Positions 29,335 to 30,744 of a DNA stretch of 30,744 bases are shown piece by piece. The translations under genes were made by a program, and so were the position numbers. Source of the DNA: an uncultured Chloroflexota bacterium (GTDB lineage Bacteria; Chloroflexota; Limnocylindria; Limnocylindrales; Limnocylindraceae); contig CALMIH010000165.1 of the NCBI GenBank assembly GCA_937864085.1, positions 1-30,744 of the forward strand, read 5' to 3'. The stretch's first letter is position 1. Each line of letters begins with the position of its first letter. The notes under the pieces were generated by a model that saw only the letters and a list, made by a program, of their open reading frames with translations, had not been told where the DNA came from and made no database searches.

Positions 29335-29864
29335 GCAGCGAGGTCCTCGTCTTAAACCAAGACTACGAGCCGTTGAACGTCTCGTCCCTCCCCCGCGCCT
29401 TCCGGCTCGTCCTTGGTGGCAAGGCGGAGATTCTCGCCGAAGGGGAGCCGATCCGCAGCGCTTCGCGCAGTTGGACCGCGCCATCTGTTGTGCGACTCCG
29501 ACATCGCGTCCGCCGTCCGCGCCCACGAGCCAAGCTGAGCCGCAAGGAGATCTTCGCGCGCGATAAGCATGCCTGCCAGTACTGCGGTCGCGCCGGCGTC
29601 TCACTCACCATTGATCACGTTGTCCCGAAGAGTCGCGGGGGCGACTCGTGGTCGTGGGAGAACCTGGTGACCGCCTGCATGTCGTGCAATCACCGCAAAG
29701 GCGACCGACTCCCCGAGGCGGCCGGCCTGCAACTGCGCCGTCGACCCTACGAGCCGCGCTGCGATGTCTACGCGATCTTCCTCCCCTACCTCCGCCACGA
29801 TGCCTACTCCGCGTGGCGCGACTTCCTCTTCATCGGAGAGGGCGCGGCGGCGAGCGGCGCGTGA
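29331..29864 (+). CDS. HNH endonuclease (McrA-like, Zn-binding CxxC pairs)
   Basis: [12 protein letters not shown]-terminus; [45 protein letters not shown] overlap with the MOSC gene. Confidence 0.93.
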   Translation: MSSEVLVLNQDYEPLNVSSLPRAFRLVLGGKAEILAEGEPIRSASRSWTAPSVVRLRHRVRRPRPRAKLSRKEIFARDKHACQYCGRAGVSLTIDHVVPKSRGGDSWSWENLVTACMSCNHRKGDRLPEAAGLQLRRRPYEPRCDVYAIFLPYLRHDAYSAWRDFLFIGEGAAASGA

Positions 29865-30744
29865 GCCACGAGGCGGCACTTCGCGCCGCCGTTCCAGAAG
29901 ATGTGGCACAACTCATGGGCCAGCTCCAAACGGCCGGCTTTGCCGCCTACGTTGTTGGCGGTGCGGTACGAGACACGCTTGTTGGACGAACTCCATCTGA
30001 CTGGGATCTAGCAACCGACGCTACGCCCGACCAGCTGCGCAACGCCTTCCCTGACGCGCAGTACGAGAATCGATTTGGCACCGTTGGGATCCCAACGTCT
30101 GTGGGAGTCCGTGAGGTGACCACCTTCCGCGCCGATGGGCCGAGTAGTGACGCACGTCGCCCTGATGCGATCACCTTCCTTGGCGCAATCGAAGGCGACC
30201 TTGCACGACGCGACTTCACCATCAATGCGATGGCGTTCGGCGCTCCCTCAGGTGCGCACGGCGACCTTGTAGCTTCAGGTTCGCTTATTGATCCGTTCGG
30301 TGGCGCGGCAGACCTTGCCGCCGGACTGCTACGTGCGGTTGGTGATCCAAGTGAACGTTTCCGAGAAGATGCGCTGCGCATGTTGCGCGCCGCGCGCTTT
30401 GCAACACGCTTCAATCTAACGATTGAACCGGCGACAGCGGCGGCGATACGCCGTGACGTTGCGCTTGTCGCCACGCTCTCTGGTGAACGAATCGGCGCGG
30501 AGATCGAGGGGATCCTCGCCGCAGAGAACCCAGCGCCCGGCCTGCACACACTCAACGACCTTGGTCTCACGGCGCAGATTGCGCCAGAACTGCACGCCGC
30601 ATGGGTCACTGAACTCCCTGCGCGCGTCGCTGCAGTTGGTCGCGCTGGAAGCCCTGACGCGCCCGATCCGATCGGCAGGCTTGCGGAACTCCTTGCGGTC
30701 ATTACAGATGACGCGGTGGTGGAGAAGATCCTCACCGCATGGCG
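29861..30744 (+). CDS. cca: Class II CCA-adding/poly(A) polymerase family nucleotidyltransferase (partial; runs off the right edge)
   Basis: Hand translation from GTG 29861 (GTGA overlap with HNH): AYVVGGAVRDTL...DWDLAT, EVTTFR, DLARRDFTINAMA, DPFGG..DL, RFREDALRMLRAARF, SGERIGAE. Missed by the ORF track. Confidence 0.93.
   Translation, partial: MSHEAALRAAVPEDVAQLMGQLQTAGFAAYVVGGAVRDTLVGRTPSDWDLATDATPDQLRNAFPDAQYENRFGTVGIPTSVGVREVTTFRADGPSSDARRPDAITFLGAIEGDLARRDFTINAMAFGAPSGAHGDLVASGSLIDPFGGAADLAAGLLRAVGDPSERFREDALRMLRAARFATRFNLTIEPATAAAIRRDVALVATLSGERIGAEIEGILAAENPAPGLHTLNDLGLTAQIAPELHAAWVTELPARVAAVGRAGSPDAPDPIGRLAELLAVITDDAVVEKILTAW

Noticed and set aside
28711-29604. Apparent 601-aa PdxS fusion, and the reciprocal extension of the MOSC ORF from 28195
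   Set aside because: These are in-register antisense shadows of the opposite gene, a stop-poor frame in high-GC DNA. Family motifs start at 28710 and 28738.
29331-29864. HNH as a homing endonuclease, restriction enzyme or Cas9/IscB relative
   Set aside because: No intron or intein context, methyltransferase, RuvC motifs or repeats; it is coupled to housekeeping genes on both sides.

Overview
A gene-dense, high-GC (roughly mid-60s % by eye) bacterial core-genome segment with 28 protein-coding genes and one tRNA-Pro(TGG). About 800 of 30,744 bp are intergenic by hand tally, and I found no CRISPR array, transposase, integrase or phage gene. Left to right: a secreted SpoIID/LytB-like protein (truncated at the left edge, missed by the ORF track), PucR-family regulator, ResB, Lrp/AsnC regulator, membrane-anchored hypothetical, tRNA-Pro, LCP protein, rdgB, rph, YabN-type mazG, multi-parvulin foldase, orphan Wzm/Wzt-type ABC exporter, mreC, mreB, radC-like, CPBP protease, UPF0182 protein, hypothetical, guaA, GuaB3-type IMPDH, tmk, Ycf45-like AAA-R3H protein, tandem GNAT-like protein, pdxT, pdxS, MOSC protein, HNH nuclease and a CCA-adding-family enzyme (truncated at the right edge, also missed by the track). 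The gene complement and compactness suggest a streamlined monoderm Chloroflexota, possibly Limnocylindria (inference only). The strongest non-coding signal is a recurring -10-like hexamer placed 6-7 nt before start codons that lack a Shine-Dalgarno, implying leaderless mRNAs. It corrects several ORF-track starts and also sits 7 nt before the tRNA. The best system-level leads are the coupled MOSC-HNH-CCA operon, a SpoIID-like enzyme with a ~105-aa insertion, a His/CxxxC surface protein, and a lower-GC foldase plus glycan-exporter block. All of these are hypotheses; nothing here proves a new system.
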